Below, one piece after another: positions 9,163 to 20,507 of a stretch of 57,895 nucleotides of DNA. Location: NCBI GenBank assembly GCA_033764315.1, contig JANRJA010000048.1, positions 1 through 57,895 of the forward strand, written 5' to 3'. Within the stretch, counting starts at the first letter, position 1; the number at the start of each line of letters is the position of its first letter. The position numbers were made by a program, and so were the translations under genes. Source of the stretch: Oculatellaceae cyanobacterium bins.114 (GTDB lineage: Bacteria; Cyanobacteriota; Cyanobacteriia; Elainellales; Elainellaceae). The notes under the pieces were generated by a model. The model had not been told where the DNA came from and ran no database searches. It saw nothing but the letters and a program-made list of their open reading frames with translations.

Positions 9163-9500
9163 AGATTAATCCTCTCTAGATGCAAGTTAGATGCCAGTGA
9201 TTCAGCGCATTTCTAGTTGAGAGTTGAGTACTGTCTACACACTCATCGAGATTTGTGCTGATTGTAATGGTTCCCCAAGAGGTTTGGGTAAATCACACAG
9301 TTTTGTCACGATCGCTCACATCGCCACTATATCCTTCAGCAGAGGTTTTATCGGTAGATCTGTGTATCAAAAGTAATATCTTAAGCAATTTGACTTCTAT
9401 TCTTGAACAAAACTTTACTTCTCTAAAGCAAAACCTGTGCTCAGAGAGAGTTTAGCGAATATTAATGCGATCGCTGAGAGTGAGCGTTCTACACTAGAGG

Positions 9501-10436
9501 TTGTGGAAACTTGTATTCATTCAAACAAAATTTGTGGTTGCTAACCGACGCCTAACCGTTCGCAGAGTTCTCATAATTACCCTATTGCTCAACTTAGCCG
9601 TGATGGGGTTGAAGGTCTTTGTCGGGCTTTTAACAGGCTCCTTAAGTCTGCTTGCAGATGCTCTACATAGTGTCACTGACAGTGCTAATAACATTTTGGG
9701 ACTCGTTGCCAGCCATTTTTCTTCGCCAGAGCCTGATCGCGATCATCCCTATGGGCATCAAAAATTTGAGGCTTTAGGCGCATTGGGCATCGCTGCATTT
9801 TTGGGGATTGCTTGCTTTGAAATTTTGCAAGGCGCGATCGAACGCTTGATGCATGGTGGACAACCCGTGCGAATTCAAGGTTCTGAGTTATGGCTGCTCT
9901 TGCTTGTGTTGGGTATCAACATCTTCGTGGCGTTTTATGAACGGCATGTCGGGCAACAAGTGGATAGTCCAATTTTGTTAGCAGATGCCAAACACACGAT
10001 GAGTGATATTTGGGTCACGATTAGCGTGTTGGCGGGGTTAATTGGCATCTGGTCACTCGGTTTTCAATGGTTAGATGTGGTGTTGTCCTTTCCAGTAGCA
10101 CTGCTGGTTTTTTGGAGTGGATGGACGGTCTTGCGAGACAATCTGCCCTGGCTGGTGGATGAAGTGGCGATCGCCCCTGAAGCGATTCACGATGTTGTGA
10201 TGCAAGTACCAGGAGTCCTCAATTGTCACAACATCGCCTCAAGAGGCTTATTAGGACGACAGGTTTTTATGGAAATGCATTTAGTGGTAGATGCAACAGA
10301 TGTGAAAACGGCTCACGACATCACCGAAGCGGTTGAAGCTCATCTTGAAGAGCGATTTAGCCCAGTGCGGATTAGCATCCACGTCGAACCCCCCCACTAT
10401 CAATCGAGTGAGATTAGTTACTCTACAGAAGATTAG
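9501..10436 (+). CDS. Cation diffusion facilitator (FieF-like) transporter
   Basis: SLLADALHSVTD, HPYGHQKFE, DAKHTMSD and IHVEP. The true start may be GTG near 9534. Confidence 0.92.
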   Translation: MWKLVFIQTKFVVANRRLTVRRVLIITLLLNLAVMGLKVFVGLLTGSLSLLADALHSVTDSANNILGLVASHFSSPEPDRDHPYGHQKFEALGALGIAAFLGIACFEILQGAIERLMHGGQPVRIQGSELWLLLLVLGINIFVAFYERHVGQQVDSPILLADAKHTMSDIWVTISVLAGLIGIWSLGFQWLDVVLSFPVALLVFWSGWTVLRDNLPWLVDEVAIAPEAIHDVVMQVPGVLNCHNIASRGLLGRQVFMEMHLVVDATDVKTAHDITEAVEAHLEERFSPVRISIHVEPPHYQSSEISYSTED

Positions 10437-10541
10437 GGATCACGAGCATGGGTATAGGTCACGGGTCATTTGCCAGAGGATCAGGTAACAAGATGACACC
10501 CTCCTTACCCTCTTACTTTCTCAGCCTTCAGTCCTTAACAT

Positions 10542-11339
10542 TTACTCTCCCACCTGCCACCCCAATCGCGTGGGCTGTTCATAAACCTGCTTTAGCGTAT
10601 TGACATCTCGTATTGATATAGCTGGGGGATTGCGAACTTGGGAAAAGTACAAGGCATCCGTTTGAACGGGGCTATGTCCCCAAATCCCTAAGGCATGCCC
10701 TAACTCATGCCGTGCTGCTGCTTGAATGTAGTCGGTTGTCTGACTAGGACGGAGCAAGATGCTGAAGCGATGCACCAACGTGGGTGGAGTAGAATCTGAA
10801 CGCTGGATGTAGAGGGTATAGCGAGTTTCAGCAGAACGGGCACGCAGGGTGCCATTGTTGTGTTGGAGGGGGGGCGATCGCCGCCAAATGTTGATGTCGG
10901 CGATATCGGATGATTCCACAATCATCAGAGGGAGGTAAGCGTTCCATTCACCAACCGCTCGTGTGACGGCATCAACCCAGTCCTGATCGCGATCTCTACG
11001 GGGCAACTGAGATGCATGACCCCTAACCCCATCTAAAGCATCTGAAACGGCCTCAGCAGGTTCAATAAAGATTCGGACTGGAAACTGCGACCAGATTAAG
11101 TAACCGACCTCTGTGGGACGCACCTCTAAAAAATAGCTCCCCTGGTTAGAATCATCGCGCCATTGGGCCAGCGTGGCGGGCAATGGATAAACCTGTAGAG
11201 GAGGAAGCGAATGATTAAGAGGTGGAGGTGGCTCTTGGGCTGCAACATCTGAGTGGAGCCAACCCACTAACAAAAAAGTCAGGACAGCTAAGAAAGCCAG
11301 TCTCAACCCAAATTTTGCCAATCGAGACAACGGCTGCAA
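10542..11339 (-). CDS. Secreted matrixin-like zinc metalloprotease
   Basis: Signal peptide; HELGHALGIWGHS (HExxHxxGxxH). Confidence 0.85.
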   Translation of the reverse strand: MQPLSRLAKFGLRLAFLAVLTFLLVGWLHSDVAAQEPPPPLNHSLPPLQVYPLPATLAQWRDDSNQGSYFLEVRPTEVGYLIWSQFPVRIFIEPAEAVSDALDGVRGHASQLPRRDRDQDWVDAVTRAVGEWNAYLPLMIVESSDIADINIWRRSPPLQHNNGTLRARSAETRYTLYIQRSDSTPPTLVHRFSILLRPSQTTDYIQAAARHELGHALGIWGHSPVQTDALYFSQVRNPPAISIRDVNTLKQVYEQPTRLGWQVGE

Positions 11340-11351
11340 GATGACACCCAG

Positions 11352-11582
11352 TTAGCCTACGAAATTACCGCTCAGGACGACTGTAAGCCCCATAAATAAA
11401 ATAGTGAGAACCCAGGTGACTCGATTGAGAGTAGTTTCGGCACTCTTGGTGCTGGTGAATAGCTGTGCCTGTCCTCCTAAGCCACCCAGTCCGTCGCCTT
11501 TGGGGCTATGAAGCAGCACCACAACAATCAGGCAGACGGCAGAAATTGCCCAGATAGTACGGAGGACGGTAACGATAGCCAT
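11352..11582 (-). CDS. secG: Preprotein translocase subunit SecG
   Basis: VLLHSPKGDGLGGLGGQAQLFTSTKSAETTLNRVTW. Confidence 0.95.
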   Translation of the reverse strand: MAIVTVLRTIWAISAVCLIVVVLLHSPKGDGLGGLGGQAQLFTSTKSAETTLNRVTWVLTILFMGLTVVLSGNFVG

Positions 11583-11718
11583 AGGTTTTGCAAACAAGTA
11601 GAGGGTGCGTCAAGGAAAATTTGGCTCTCAACTAATAGAGCGACATCTTCCCTTTCCATTATTCAATAATTTAAGGAATTGCAGCAAATGAATTGTGCGA
11701 TCGCCATCCTTGGCACGA

Positions 11719-13317
11719 TTACAGAGACAGCCGCACTGGGGTTCGATTGGCTCGCACATCAAAGCCAACGGGTTCAAGGAGCGATCGCCCTGTCATCTCA
11801 GCAGGTTGTGGCAGCTTCAAAATCTCTAAAATCGTTGGCGCAATATCACTCAACCGTCCATCTGAGCGGAACACAACTTCCGTTCCATATCCGGGGATTT
11901 TACGCCCTTCGCCTTCTACCAAAATAAAAGGAACCGGATTGGTTGTGTGAGCTGTCCAGGGATTACCCTGTTCGTCCCACATGACTTCTGCGTTACCGTG
12001 ATCTGCTGTGATCAGGGTGGTGCCTCCTGCCTTGATAATGCTGTCTAACAACCGCCCTAAGCACCGATCGACGGTCTCTAGTGCCGTCACCGTTGCTGTC
12101 ATTTGCCCCGTGTGCCCCACCATATCGGGGTTGGCGTAGTTGATCACAATGAGGGAATAGATGCCTTTTTCGACAGCCGCGATCGCTACATCGGTGACTT
12201 GATCCGCAGACATGGCAGGCGCGCGATCGTATGTAGCCACCATTGGACTCATGACCAGTTCTCGGTCTTCGCCCTCAAAGGGATCCTCAATACCCCCATT
12301 AAAAAAGTAGGTGACGTGGGCATATTTCTCAGTTTCAGCCGTACGAAATTGGCGTAGCCCCTGCTGTGCAATGACTTGACCCAAAATGTTGTTGAGATTT
12401 TGAGGCTCAAAGGCAACCAACACCGATAAATTGGGATCGTATTGAGTAAAGGTGGCAAAGGTGAGGGGAGTAATGAGCGATCGCTCAAACCCTTTAAAGG
12501 CGGGATCAACAAAAACCTGGGTGAGTTGTCGGGCGCGATCGGGACGGAAGTTGAAGAAAATTACACCATCGCCCGGTTCAACTGCACCAGGAGCCAACCG
12601 AGTCGGCAAGACAAACTCATCGGTCACCCCTTCTTGATAGGAGGCTTGCAACGCTTCTACGGCTGAGAGATTGCTCCCTGCCCCATCCTGAACCATCGTT
12701 TCATACGCTTTCTGAGTGCGATCCCAGCGATGATCCCGATCCATCGTGTAATAGCGTCCACTCAAAGTGACAATTCGCCCCAGGCCAATCTTCTCGGTAT
12801 ACGCCTGAATACGTTGCAGAGATTCTGCCCCATCTGTTGGTTTGGTGTCGCGTCCATCGGTGACAGCGTGAATGCAAACATCGGTCAGGTGCTGGTCTTT
12901 TGCCAGATCTAGCAACCCTAGTAGGTGATTTAAGTGAGAGTGAACCCCACCCTCAGAGCACAGACCTACGAGATGCAATTTGCCGCCCGTGCGGTGCACC
13001 TCTTGACACACCTTGACGAGAGCAGAGTTACTCAGCAGAGTTCCATCCTCGACAGCATCGCTAATGCGCACTAGCTCTTGAGGAACCACCCGACCTGCCC
13101 CAATGTTGAGATGCCCTACCTCTGAATTTCCCATCTGTCCATCGGGTAGCCCAACGTCTTTGCCAGATGTGCGAATCAGAGTGTGCGGATAAGCAGCCCA
13201 AAGGCTATCAATAATTGGCGTGTTGGCGATGGCGACAGCGTTACCATCTGTGTCTTCGCGGTAACCCCATCCGTCTAGGATGACCAGCACCACTGGAGAG
13301 ATCGGCGCTTGTGCCAT
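11719..13317 (-). CDS. gpmI: 2,3-bisphosphoglycerate-independent phosphoglycerate mutase
   Basis: ILDGWG, GNSEVGH, NFRPDRARQ, NPDMVGHTG and TADHGNAE. Confidence 0.97.
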   Translation of the reverse strand: MAQAPISPVVLVILDGWGYREDTDGNAVAIANTPIIDSLWAAYPHTLIRTSGKDVGLPDGQMGNSEVGHLNIGAGRVVPQELVRISDAVEDGTLLSNSALVKVCQEVHRTGGKLHLVGLCSEGGVHSHLNHLLGLLDLAKDQHLTDVCIHAVTDGRDTKPTDGAESLQRIQAYTEKIGLGRIVTLSGRYYTMDRDHRWDRTQKAYETMVQDGAGSNLSAVEALQASYQEGVTDEFVLPTRLAPGAVEPGDGVIFFNFRPDRARQLTQVFVDPAFKGFERSLITPLTFATFTQYDPNLSVLVAFEPQNLNNILGQVIAQQGLRQFRTAETEKYAHVTYFFNGGIEDPFEGEDRELVMSPMVATYDRAPAMSADQVTDVAIAAVEKGIYSLIVINYANPDMVGHTGQMTATVTALETVDRCLGRLLDSIIKAGGTTLITADHGNAEVMWDEQGNPWTAHTTNPVPFILVEGEGRKIPGYGTEVVFRSDGRLSDIAPTILEILKLPQPAEMTGRSLLEPVGFDVRANRTPVRLSL

Positions 13318-13533
13318 GCAGATAGCCCTTCCGTTAAATAATTAGGTAATTTTTCAGCAATGATACCATCCAGACTTTTGACATTACCGGATGAACTGAT
13401 CAAACTCATTAAATTGATAAGAAATTTGGGAATTGATGAATCATAAATTAGGTTTATGTACTCATTGAAATTCACAAATAGTCATCCGTAAAGATGCCAA
13501 ATGAACAACAGCAAAATGCATCTTAGCAGGCTT

Positions 13534-15240
13534 TTATGCTTTTCGGGCTTTCTCTTTTTGTTTTTGTTTTTCCCGCTTTGCAGCCACTTTAGCCGCTTTT
13601 TCAGCCTCGATCGCCTCTAGCTTGACTTTCTCTTTTTCCTCGGCAATTTTATCCATGTAGTAGTGGTAATCGCCGCGATAGAGACGAAATTCTCCATCTC
13701 GAATCTCAACGATTTTATTAGCTACTTGACTGATGAAATAGCGGTCATGAGAGACGATGATCATTGTGCCGTCATAATTCTGAATTGCTTCTTCTAGCAT
13801 CTCTTTTGCGGGAATGTCGAGATGGTTTGTCGGTTCATCCAGAATCAATAAATTGGCAGGACGCAAAAGCATCTTGGCTAGAGCTAACCGAGCTTTTTCG
13901 CCCCCACTCAGAGCTTCTACTTTTTTAAAGACGGTGTCTCCCGCAAACAGAAACCGCCCTAGCAAGGTACGCACCTCTTCGTTGCTCCAATCTGGCATCT
14001 CGTCATGAATCGTTTCCATGACAGTCTTTTCTAGATCTAATGCTTCTGCTTGATTTTGTTCAAAATAGCCAGGGATCACGTTATGATCCCCTAACTTTAC
14101 GATCCCGTCGGTGGGCTTTTCCATCCCCATGATCAGGTGTAACAGGGTAGACTTACCCGCTCCATTAGGACCCAAAACAGCGATGCGATCGCCCCGTTCA
14201 ATTAGCAGCTCAGCTCCTAAAAACAAAATCTTGTCGTTATAGGAGTGGGTCAGATCCTTGATGATCACGACCTCACGACCACTCCGGGGAGCCGGTGGAA
14301 AACGGAAATGTAGAGTCCGTAGCCCGCCTGTAGGGGCTTCAATCCGCTCAATTTTGTCGAGTTGTTTTTCGCGGCTTTTGGCTTGGGTGCTACGTGTAGC
14401 ACTGGCTCGGAAGCGATCGACAAAAGCTTGCTGCTTCTCTAGTTCTTTCTGTTGTCGCTCATAGGCACTCAATTGTGCCAGTTGGGCTTCTTCCTTTTGC
14501 TGTAAATAGGTGGTGTAGTTTCCAAGATAGGTACTAGAAACGCCCCGTTCAGTTTCCACAATTTGAGTGCAGAGACGATCGAGAAATTCTCGGTCATGAG
14601 ACACGATCACCATCGGGGTGGTTAGCCCTTTGAGATAGGTCTCCAACCACTCAATCGTTTCTAAATCGAGGTGGTTCGTCGGTTCGTCCAGCAATAGCAA
14701 ATCGGGTTGTTGCAGCAAGATTTTGCCCAAACTCATTCGCATCTGCCAGCCGCCACTAAACGAATCAACCAGGCGATCGCCATCCTCTAACTCAAACCCC
14801 ATTTCGGGTAAAATCTTCTCGATTCGGGCATCCAGTGAGTAACCATCCAAACCTTCAAACTGGCGTTGCAGCCGATCCATCTTGTGAATCAGGTGATCGA
14901 GGGTTTGGGGATCAGCCGATTCCATTTGGCGGTGCACCTCGCTCAGGGCTTCATGGATGCGATTGGCTTCATCAAACGCGCGCCAAAATTCTTCTCGTAC
15001 AGTGCGGGTAGGATCGACCTCAAACTCCTGAGTCAGGTAGGCGATGTGCAATCCAGAGGGACGAATAATTTCACCACTGGTTGGCTCAACCTCACCGGCA
15101 ATAATTTTGAGCTGAGTCGATTTGCCAGCTCCATTGACTCCGACCAAACCGATGCGATCGCCCGGTTTGACTTCCCAATTGACATCCTTCAAGACTTCGC
15201 CAGTGGGATAAATTTTGCTGATATGTTCCAGTCGGAGCAT
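13534..15240 (-). CDS. ABC-F family ATPase
   Basis: Two ABC domains (GVNGAGKST, GPNGAGKST; LDEPTNHLD x2) and no TM segments. Confidence 0.95.
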   Translation of the reverse strand: MLRLEHISKIYPTGEVLKDVNWEVKPGDRIGLVGVNGAGKSTQLKIIAGEVEPTSGEIIRPSGLHIAYLTQEFEVDPTRTVREEFWRAFDEANRIHEALSEVHRQMESADPQTLDHLIHKMDRLQRQFEGLDGYSLDARIEKILPEMGFELEDGDRLVDSFSGGWQMRMSLGKILLQQPDLLLLDEPTNHLDLETIEWLETYLKGLTTPMVIVSHDREFLDRLCTQIVETERGVSSTYLGNYTTYLQQKEEAQLAQLSAYERQQKELEKQQAFVDRFRASATRSTQAKSREKQLDKIERIEAPTGGLRTLHFRFPPAPRSGREVVIIKDLTHSYNDKILFLGAELLIERGDRIAVLGPNGAGKSTLLHLIMGMEKPTDGIVKLGDHNVIPGYFEQNQAEALDLEKTVMETIHDEMPDWSNEEVRTLLGRFLFAGDTVFKKVEALSGGEKARLALAKMLLRPANLLILDEPTNHLDIPAKEMLEEAIQNYDGTMIIVSHDRYFISQVANKIVEIRDGEFRLYRGDYHYYMDKIAEEKEKVKLEAIEAEKAAKVAAKREKQKQKEKARKA

Positions 15241-15814
15241 GGGGTGTAATGGGTTGTAAGGAGATAGGAGTGATCCGTCTAAACTTTAACAAATTTTAAT
15301 GACCACTTTGTCTATGCCACGTCCGATTTTGTCAAATCGGGTAAAGGTTAGCCGGTTTTTGAGCGAGATCTTCCTCAACGTGGATATCAGCGTAGGTCGG
15401 TCGAAAAACTAACCCGTGATGACTGCGAACTTAATAAAATCACGCTTTTCATAGGAAAATCAGGGAAATTAAATATTTCCTTAAACAAATCAACACAAAT
15501 GACTCGTTACAAGCCTTTTGGAAAATTAACCTTCTGGTTACAATGCCTCTAAGGGGTTTTACCAACGGTATAAGTTTTATCTGTATTATTGATTGTTCTT
15601 ACAGATAGAGTCTCTTAGCTCTATTCACCGTATGGCTATTGGTCGATCCCGTGCTTGCGTAGATTGACTGCTTGTGCAAATGACAGCTTGCCAAGATTGA
15701 CACTGTGTTGCCAGTGATATCACCTGTGATCGATCCCCTTTTGTCAGGTGCTCTTTAAAGTGCATCACCTTCTAATGTCGTATATTTCCCAACGTCATAC
15801 AGAGGAGAGCCTCA

Positions 15815-18736
15815 GTGAGCCAATTGCTGCATGTGCTGATTGTTGAACATTCCGCTGATGATGTGGCGCGGCTCGCCCAAAAACTACAGCAAAACGGTTA
15901 CAGCCCTATTATCAAGCAGGTTGATACGGCTGAAGCAATGATGGCTGCGCTGGATCAGCATCCCTGGCAAATGATCATTGCCAATCCAGAATTGCCTAAC
16001 TTTAGTGCTGCGACTGCTCGCAAACTGCTGCAAGATCGCGGAATCACTATTCCTTTTCTTGTAGTATCAGACAATCTTAGTGAGGACACCGACGTGTCTA
16101 AAGTCTCAACTGACGCCCCTAATGATGCCCCAAATTCACTGAGTGCTCCTCATTCGATCAGCCTTGGGGCTGATTACGGCTCTAATGGCTCTAGTGATCC
16201 TAATATAGATAGCTTGCTTGACGAAGCCGCTCTTGAGATGCCCTTGATGCAACGGCTGCAAGAGCGAGAAGCCAACCTCGCCGCCGTGATTGAAAACACA
16301 GAAGATGCGGTTTGGTCGATTGACATTCACTATCAGGTTGTGGTTTTTAACTCTGTGTTTAAGAGCCAGTTTCAGGCGGCCTATGGCGTTGAGTTGCAAC
16401 CTAACATCAATTTAGTGGCGTGTTTGCCGACGCAGTTGCAACCCACTTGGATTGAGTATTACGATCGCGCCTTGCGAGGAGAGCGGTTTGTCGTTGAGCT
16501 ACACTACGACTTGCCCAATTTGCCTTCTGATATTGAGGTGTCCTTTAGCCCCATCGTCACTGCCGATCAAAGTATTACGGGAGTTGCCGTCTTTGGGAGA
16601 AACATTAGCGATCGCAAACGTGCAGAAGCGGCAATGCAGGTCGCCAAAGATCAGTTTCAAGCGGTGCTAGATGCGGTTCCAGGTTGCGTGTCCTGGTTTA
16701 GCTCTGATTTGGAATATCTGGGGATCAACCGCTATCTGGCGGCCACATTTAATGTACGCCCAGAGGATTTTGTTGGTCGAAAGCTGGGATTTATGGAATC
16801 TAGCCCCGGTTTTGCCGATTTTGTAAAGGAATTTATCATTAGCCCAGTCAAAGAAAGCTCTGTTGAGATTGCCGCTAGAGTGGGTGGCGCAGAGCGGAGC
16901 TATCTGGTGGTGGCGCAGAAATATGCCCACGATCAAGCGGCGGTTTTTGTGGGAATTGACATCACCGATCGCCGCAAATTTGAGGAAGCTCTGCGGGAAA
17001 GTCAAGAGCGTTATGCATTGGCGGTTCAAGGTGCAAATGATGGGTTGTGGGATTGGAACCTCAGAACCAACGAAATTTATTTCTCTCCTCGTTGGAAAGA
17101 AATGTTGGGCTATGACGACAAAGCGATCGGCACTACCCCTGAGGAGTGGTTTGACCGAGTTCACCCAGAAGAATTGCAATGGTTACAGGCACAACTGGCC
17201 GCCCATCTAGAGGGCTTAACCCTGCACTTTGAGATTGAGCATCGGATGTTGCACAAAGACGGCACCTATCGCTGGATTCTCAGTCGCGGTTTGGCAGTGC
17301 GCGACCAGCAACAAAAAGCCTACCGGATGGCAGGGTCACAAACTGACATTACCGAGCGCAAACGAGCCGAGGAGCAGTTGTTGCATGATGCCTTGCACGA
17401 TGGACTCACCGGATTGTCAAATCGGGCTTTGTTTTTAGATCGCTTAGGGCAAGCGATCGAATGGTCTAAGCGGCAACCGAGTCATCGATTTGCGGTGCTG
17501 TTTCTCGATCTCGATCGCTTCAAAGTGGTGAATGACAGTTTAGGACATGGTTTTGGTGATCAGTTGTTGGTGGCGATCGCCCGTCGATTACAACCCTGTC
17601 TGCGAGCCGGAGACACCTTTGCGCGATTGGGTGGGGATGAGTTCACGATCTTGATGGAGGATGTCAAAGATATCAGTGACGCGACTCGGTTGGCAGAGCA
17701 GATTCATCAGGAATTGCAATCTCCCTTTAACCTCAACGGGCAAGAGGTATTCACCACCGTCAGCATTGGCATTGCCTTGAGTGATGCTGGGTGCGATCGC
17801 CCTGAAGATTGGCTGCGCAATGCGGATACGGCCATGTATCGAGCCAAAGCTTTGGGACGGGCACGACATGAGATTTTTAACAGTGCTATGCACGTCAAGG
17901 CGGTAGCCCTCTTGCAATTAGAAACTGACCTGCGGCGGGCGATCGGGGCAACCGATATCAACAGCTCCAGTCAAGAATTTCAGATGCGCTATCAGCCCAT
18001 TGTCAATCTGAAAACAGGTAAAATTACCGGATTTGAATCCTTGATTCGGTGGCAGAATCCTGAACGGGGTTGGGTGTCTCCCGGTGAATTCATTCCTGTT
18101 GCCGAAGATACGGGGTTGATTATTCCCCTGGGGCAGTGGATTTTGTCTCAAGCTTGTCACCAACTCAACTCGTGGCATCATCAATTTCCATCAAAATTGC
18201 CCCTCTCAATCAGCGTCAATCTCTCGACCAAACAGTTTTCTCAACCCGATTTGATTGAACAGGTGAGCTACATTTTGCGAGAAACTCGCCTCCAGGAAGG
18301 CGATCTCAAGCTCAATCTCAAGCTAGAGATTACCGAGAGCGCCATTATGGAAAATCCTGACCAAGCGACTGCCATGCTCAAGGAGCTAAAAGCATTGGGG
18401 GTACAGCTCATGATTGATGACTTTGGCACCGGATATTCGTCCTTGAGTTATTTGCAACGCTTTCCCTTTGACGTGGTCAAAATCGACCAATCCTTTGTGG
18501 GTAGATTGGGAGCGGATGGTGAAAGTGATGAGATCGTCAGGGCGATCGTCATGCTGGCACACAATTTGGGTATGGAAATTGTGGCTGAAGGGATTGAAAC
18601 AGAAACCCATTTGACCCATTTGCGATCGCTCAATGCTGAGTATGGTCAGGGTTATTTCTTTGCCAAACCCTTGACTAGTGCTGAGGTGGCGACTCTGTTG
18701 ACCCAGCATCCTCATTGGGTAGAAAAGCTTGATTAG
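15815..18736 (+). CDS. REC-like/PAS x3/GGDEF/EAL c-di-GMP signalling protein
   Basis: Degenerate N-terminal REC, PAS-PAC repeats, intact RLGGDEF, EAL domain (ESL variant, DDFGTGYSS). Confidence 0.93.
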   Translation: MSQLLHVLIVEHSADDVARLAQKLQQNGYSPIIKQVDTAEAMMAALDQHPWQMIIANPELPNFSAATARKLLQDRGITIPFLVVSDNLSEDTDVSKVSTDAPNDAPNSLSAPHSISLGADYGSNGSSDPNIDSLLDEAALEMPLMQRLQEREANLAAVIENTEDAVWSIDIHYQVVVFNSVFKSQFQAAYGVELQPNINLVACLPTQLQPTWIEYYDRALRGERFVVELHYDLPNLPSDIEVSFSPIVTADQSITGVAVFGRNISDRKRAEAAMQVAKDQFQAVLDAVPGCVSWFSSDLEYLGINRYLAATFNVRPEDFVGRKLGFMESSPGFADFVKEFIISPVKESSVEIAARVGGAERSYLVVAQKYAHDQAAVFVGIDITDRRKFEEALRESQERYALAVQGANDGLWDWNLRTNEIYFSPRWKEMLGYDDKAIGTTPEEWFDRVHPEELQWLQAQLAAHLEGLTLHFEIEHRMLHKDGTYRWILSRGLAVRDQQQKAYRMAGSQTDITERKRAEEQLLHDALHDGLTGLSNRALFLDRLGQAIEWSKRQPSHRFAVLFLDLDRFKVVNDSLGHGFGDQLLVAIARRLQPCLRAGDTFARLGGDEFTILMEDVKDISDATRLAEQIHQELQSPFNLNGQEVFTTVSIGIALSDAGCDRPEDWLRNADTAMYRAKALGRARHEIFNSAMHVKAVALLQLETDLRRAIGATDINSSSQEFQMRYQPIVNLKTGKITGFESLIRWQNPERGWVSPGEFIPVAEDTGLIIPLGQWILSQACHQLNSWHHQFPSKLPLSISVNLSTKQFSQPDLIEQVSYILRETRLQEGDLKLNLKLEITESAIMENPDQATAMLKELKALGVQLMIDDFGTGYSSLSYLQRFPFDVVKIDQSFVGRLGADGESDEIVRAIVMLAHNLGMEIVAEGIETETHLTHLRSLNAEYGQGYFFAKPLTSAEVATLLTQHPHWVEKLD

Positions 18737-18759
18737 TGCTTGATTAATAGTGTTAGCGC

Positions 18760-20001
18760 ATGACGACTGACCCACTCGATCTAAAAATTACAGGTGCAGT
18801 ATTGCCGAGACGGGATGGAGTGTGGGATATCGCGATCGCCCAGACAAGAATTGTTGATATTGCCCCTGCGATCGCTACCCCGGCTCACCAAACCCTGGAT
18901 GCTCACGATTATCTGTTAATCCCCGGTCTAGTGGATGCCCATTTTCACCTCGATAAAGCCCTGATTCTCAATCGTGCTCCCGCTGTTGAGGGCACCTTTC
19001 AAGAAGCCATGCGGGAGACGATGCGGCTAAAACAGTCCTTTACCGTAGCCGATATTCAAACCAGAGCACGACGGGCGATCGAAAATGCGATCGCTCTAGG
19101 TGTGACAACGATGCGGAGTCATGTCGAAGTAGACTCTGTGGCAGAACTCAGAGCCATGCAAGCTCTGCTGCCTTTACGCCAAGAATATGCCTGGGGCATG
19201 ACCCTGCAACTCGCCGTTTTTGCTCAAGAAGGCATTACCCATTCTGCTGATGAAGAACCTCTCTTGCGGCAGGCAATGGCGATGGGGGGAGACGTGATTG
19301 GCTCGGCTCCCTATGTAGACTCTGAACCCGAACGCAATGTCCAAATTGTGTTTGATATTGCTCAAGACTTTAATTGTGATGTTGATTTTCATCTCGATTT
19401 TTTAGATGACAACTCTCCGTTGCTTTTGCCGTTTGTCATTCAAGAGACGATCAAACGGGGTTGGCAGGGGCGAGTTTGTTTAGGGCACATGACTAAACTG
19501 GCTGGCTTAACTCCCGATCAGTTAGCTGCCCTGGCTCCATCTATTTGTGCCGCAGGCATTTCTATTTTGGCCTTACCTGCCTCTGATATTTACATCATGG
19601 CTCGCAAAGATACTCACAATCAGCGTCGAGGTGTGGCTCCGGTGCACCAGCTAGCTGAGTTAGGGGTCAACGTGGGAGTGGCCGTGAATAATGTGCAGAA
19701 TTTGTTCACTCCCTTTGGCGATGGGGATGTGCTCAAAATTTGCACCTTGCTAGCAGAGATCTTGCAGATGGGCACTACAACCAGCCATTTGCTTTGTTTA
19801 GAGATGGCAACCACCCAAGCGGCGAAAGCGATCGGCATTCACAACCATGCAGTTGCAGTGGGCAATCTTGCTAATCTGGTGCTTTTAAAGACAGCCTCGG
19901 TGACAGAGGCGATCGCCACAGCCCCTGTGGAACGAACTGTGATTAAAAACGGTCGCATTGTTGCCCAAACCAAATTAGAGCGACAGCTAATGTGTGGTTA
20001 A
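18760..20001 (+). CDS. Amidohydrolase, cytosine deaminase-like
   Basis: PGLVDAHFHLDK, RSHVE, DFHLD and LGH metal-binding motifs. Confidence 0.85.
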   Translation: MTTDPLDLKITGAVLPRRDGVWDIAIAQTRIVDIAPAIATPAHQTLDAHDYLLIPGLVDAHFHLDKALILNRAPAVEGTFQEAMRETMRLKQSFTVADIQTRARRAIENAIALGVTTMRSHVEVDSVAELRAMQALLPLRQEYAWGMTLQLAVFAQEGITHSADEEPLLRQAMAMGGDVIGSAPYVDSEPERNVQIVFDIAQDFNCDVDFHLDFLDDNSPLLLPFVIQETIKRGWQGRVCLGHMTKLAGLTPDQLAALAPSICAAGISILALPASDIYIMARKDTHNQRRGVAPVHQLAELGVNVGVAVNNVQNLFTPFGDGDVLKICTLLAEILQMGTTTSHLLCLEMATTQAAKAIGIHNHAVAVGNLANLVLLKTASVTEAIATAPVERTVIKNGRIVAQTKLERQLMCG

Positions 20002-20021
20002 CCTCAAGTTAGGAGAGACGC

Positions 20022-20351
20022 ATGAAACCGTTTCGAGTACTCGTCTTAACCCTGATTGTATTCACAATCCTGCAAGCAGACGTATCCTTCAAGCTACTCT
20101 TGCTGCGCTTTACAAAATATTGTCCTAACTGTCGGTTAGTAGGGGCAGAAATTAAGAATGTTGACCTTGAAGGGGCTAATTTGAGAAATGCTGATTTGCG
20201 ATGGGCAGCCTTATCTTCTGTAAATCTCAATAACGCTGACCTCAGTGGCGCAAACCTTCGTTATGCCCAATTAAACGAGGTGAGTGTTCAAAACACTAAC
20301 TTTTGTCATGCTATTTTGATGGATTCTGTTCAGGGATATTGTCACCCTTGA
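20022..20351 (+). CDS. Pentapeptide repeat protein with N-terminal hydrophobic segment
   Basis: CPNC followed by A(D/N)LxxA repeats. Confidence 0.85.
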   Translation: MKPFRVLVLTLIVFTILQADVSFKLLLLRFTKYCPNCRLVGAEIKNVDLEGANLRNADLRWAALSSVNLNNADLSGANLRYAQLNEVSVQNTNFCHAILMDSVQGYCHP

Positions 20352-20507
20352 GATGAGCCACCCCTGAGATGAGCCAGGAAAGGCTCCTACCATCGGGTGA
20401 AATTTGCCCTATTCATCGCTTCCTCTGCGGAATGAGTACGTGTTACAGCGAGGTCAAAGATCTTAGCCCTTAAAGTGGCTCTGCCCTTTACCTGACTGGA
20501 GATCGTC

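Noticed and set aside
9255-9455. 66-aa ORF in a divergent intergenic region
   Set aside because: AT-rich promoter DNA with no coding signal.
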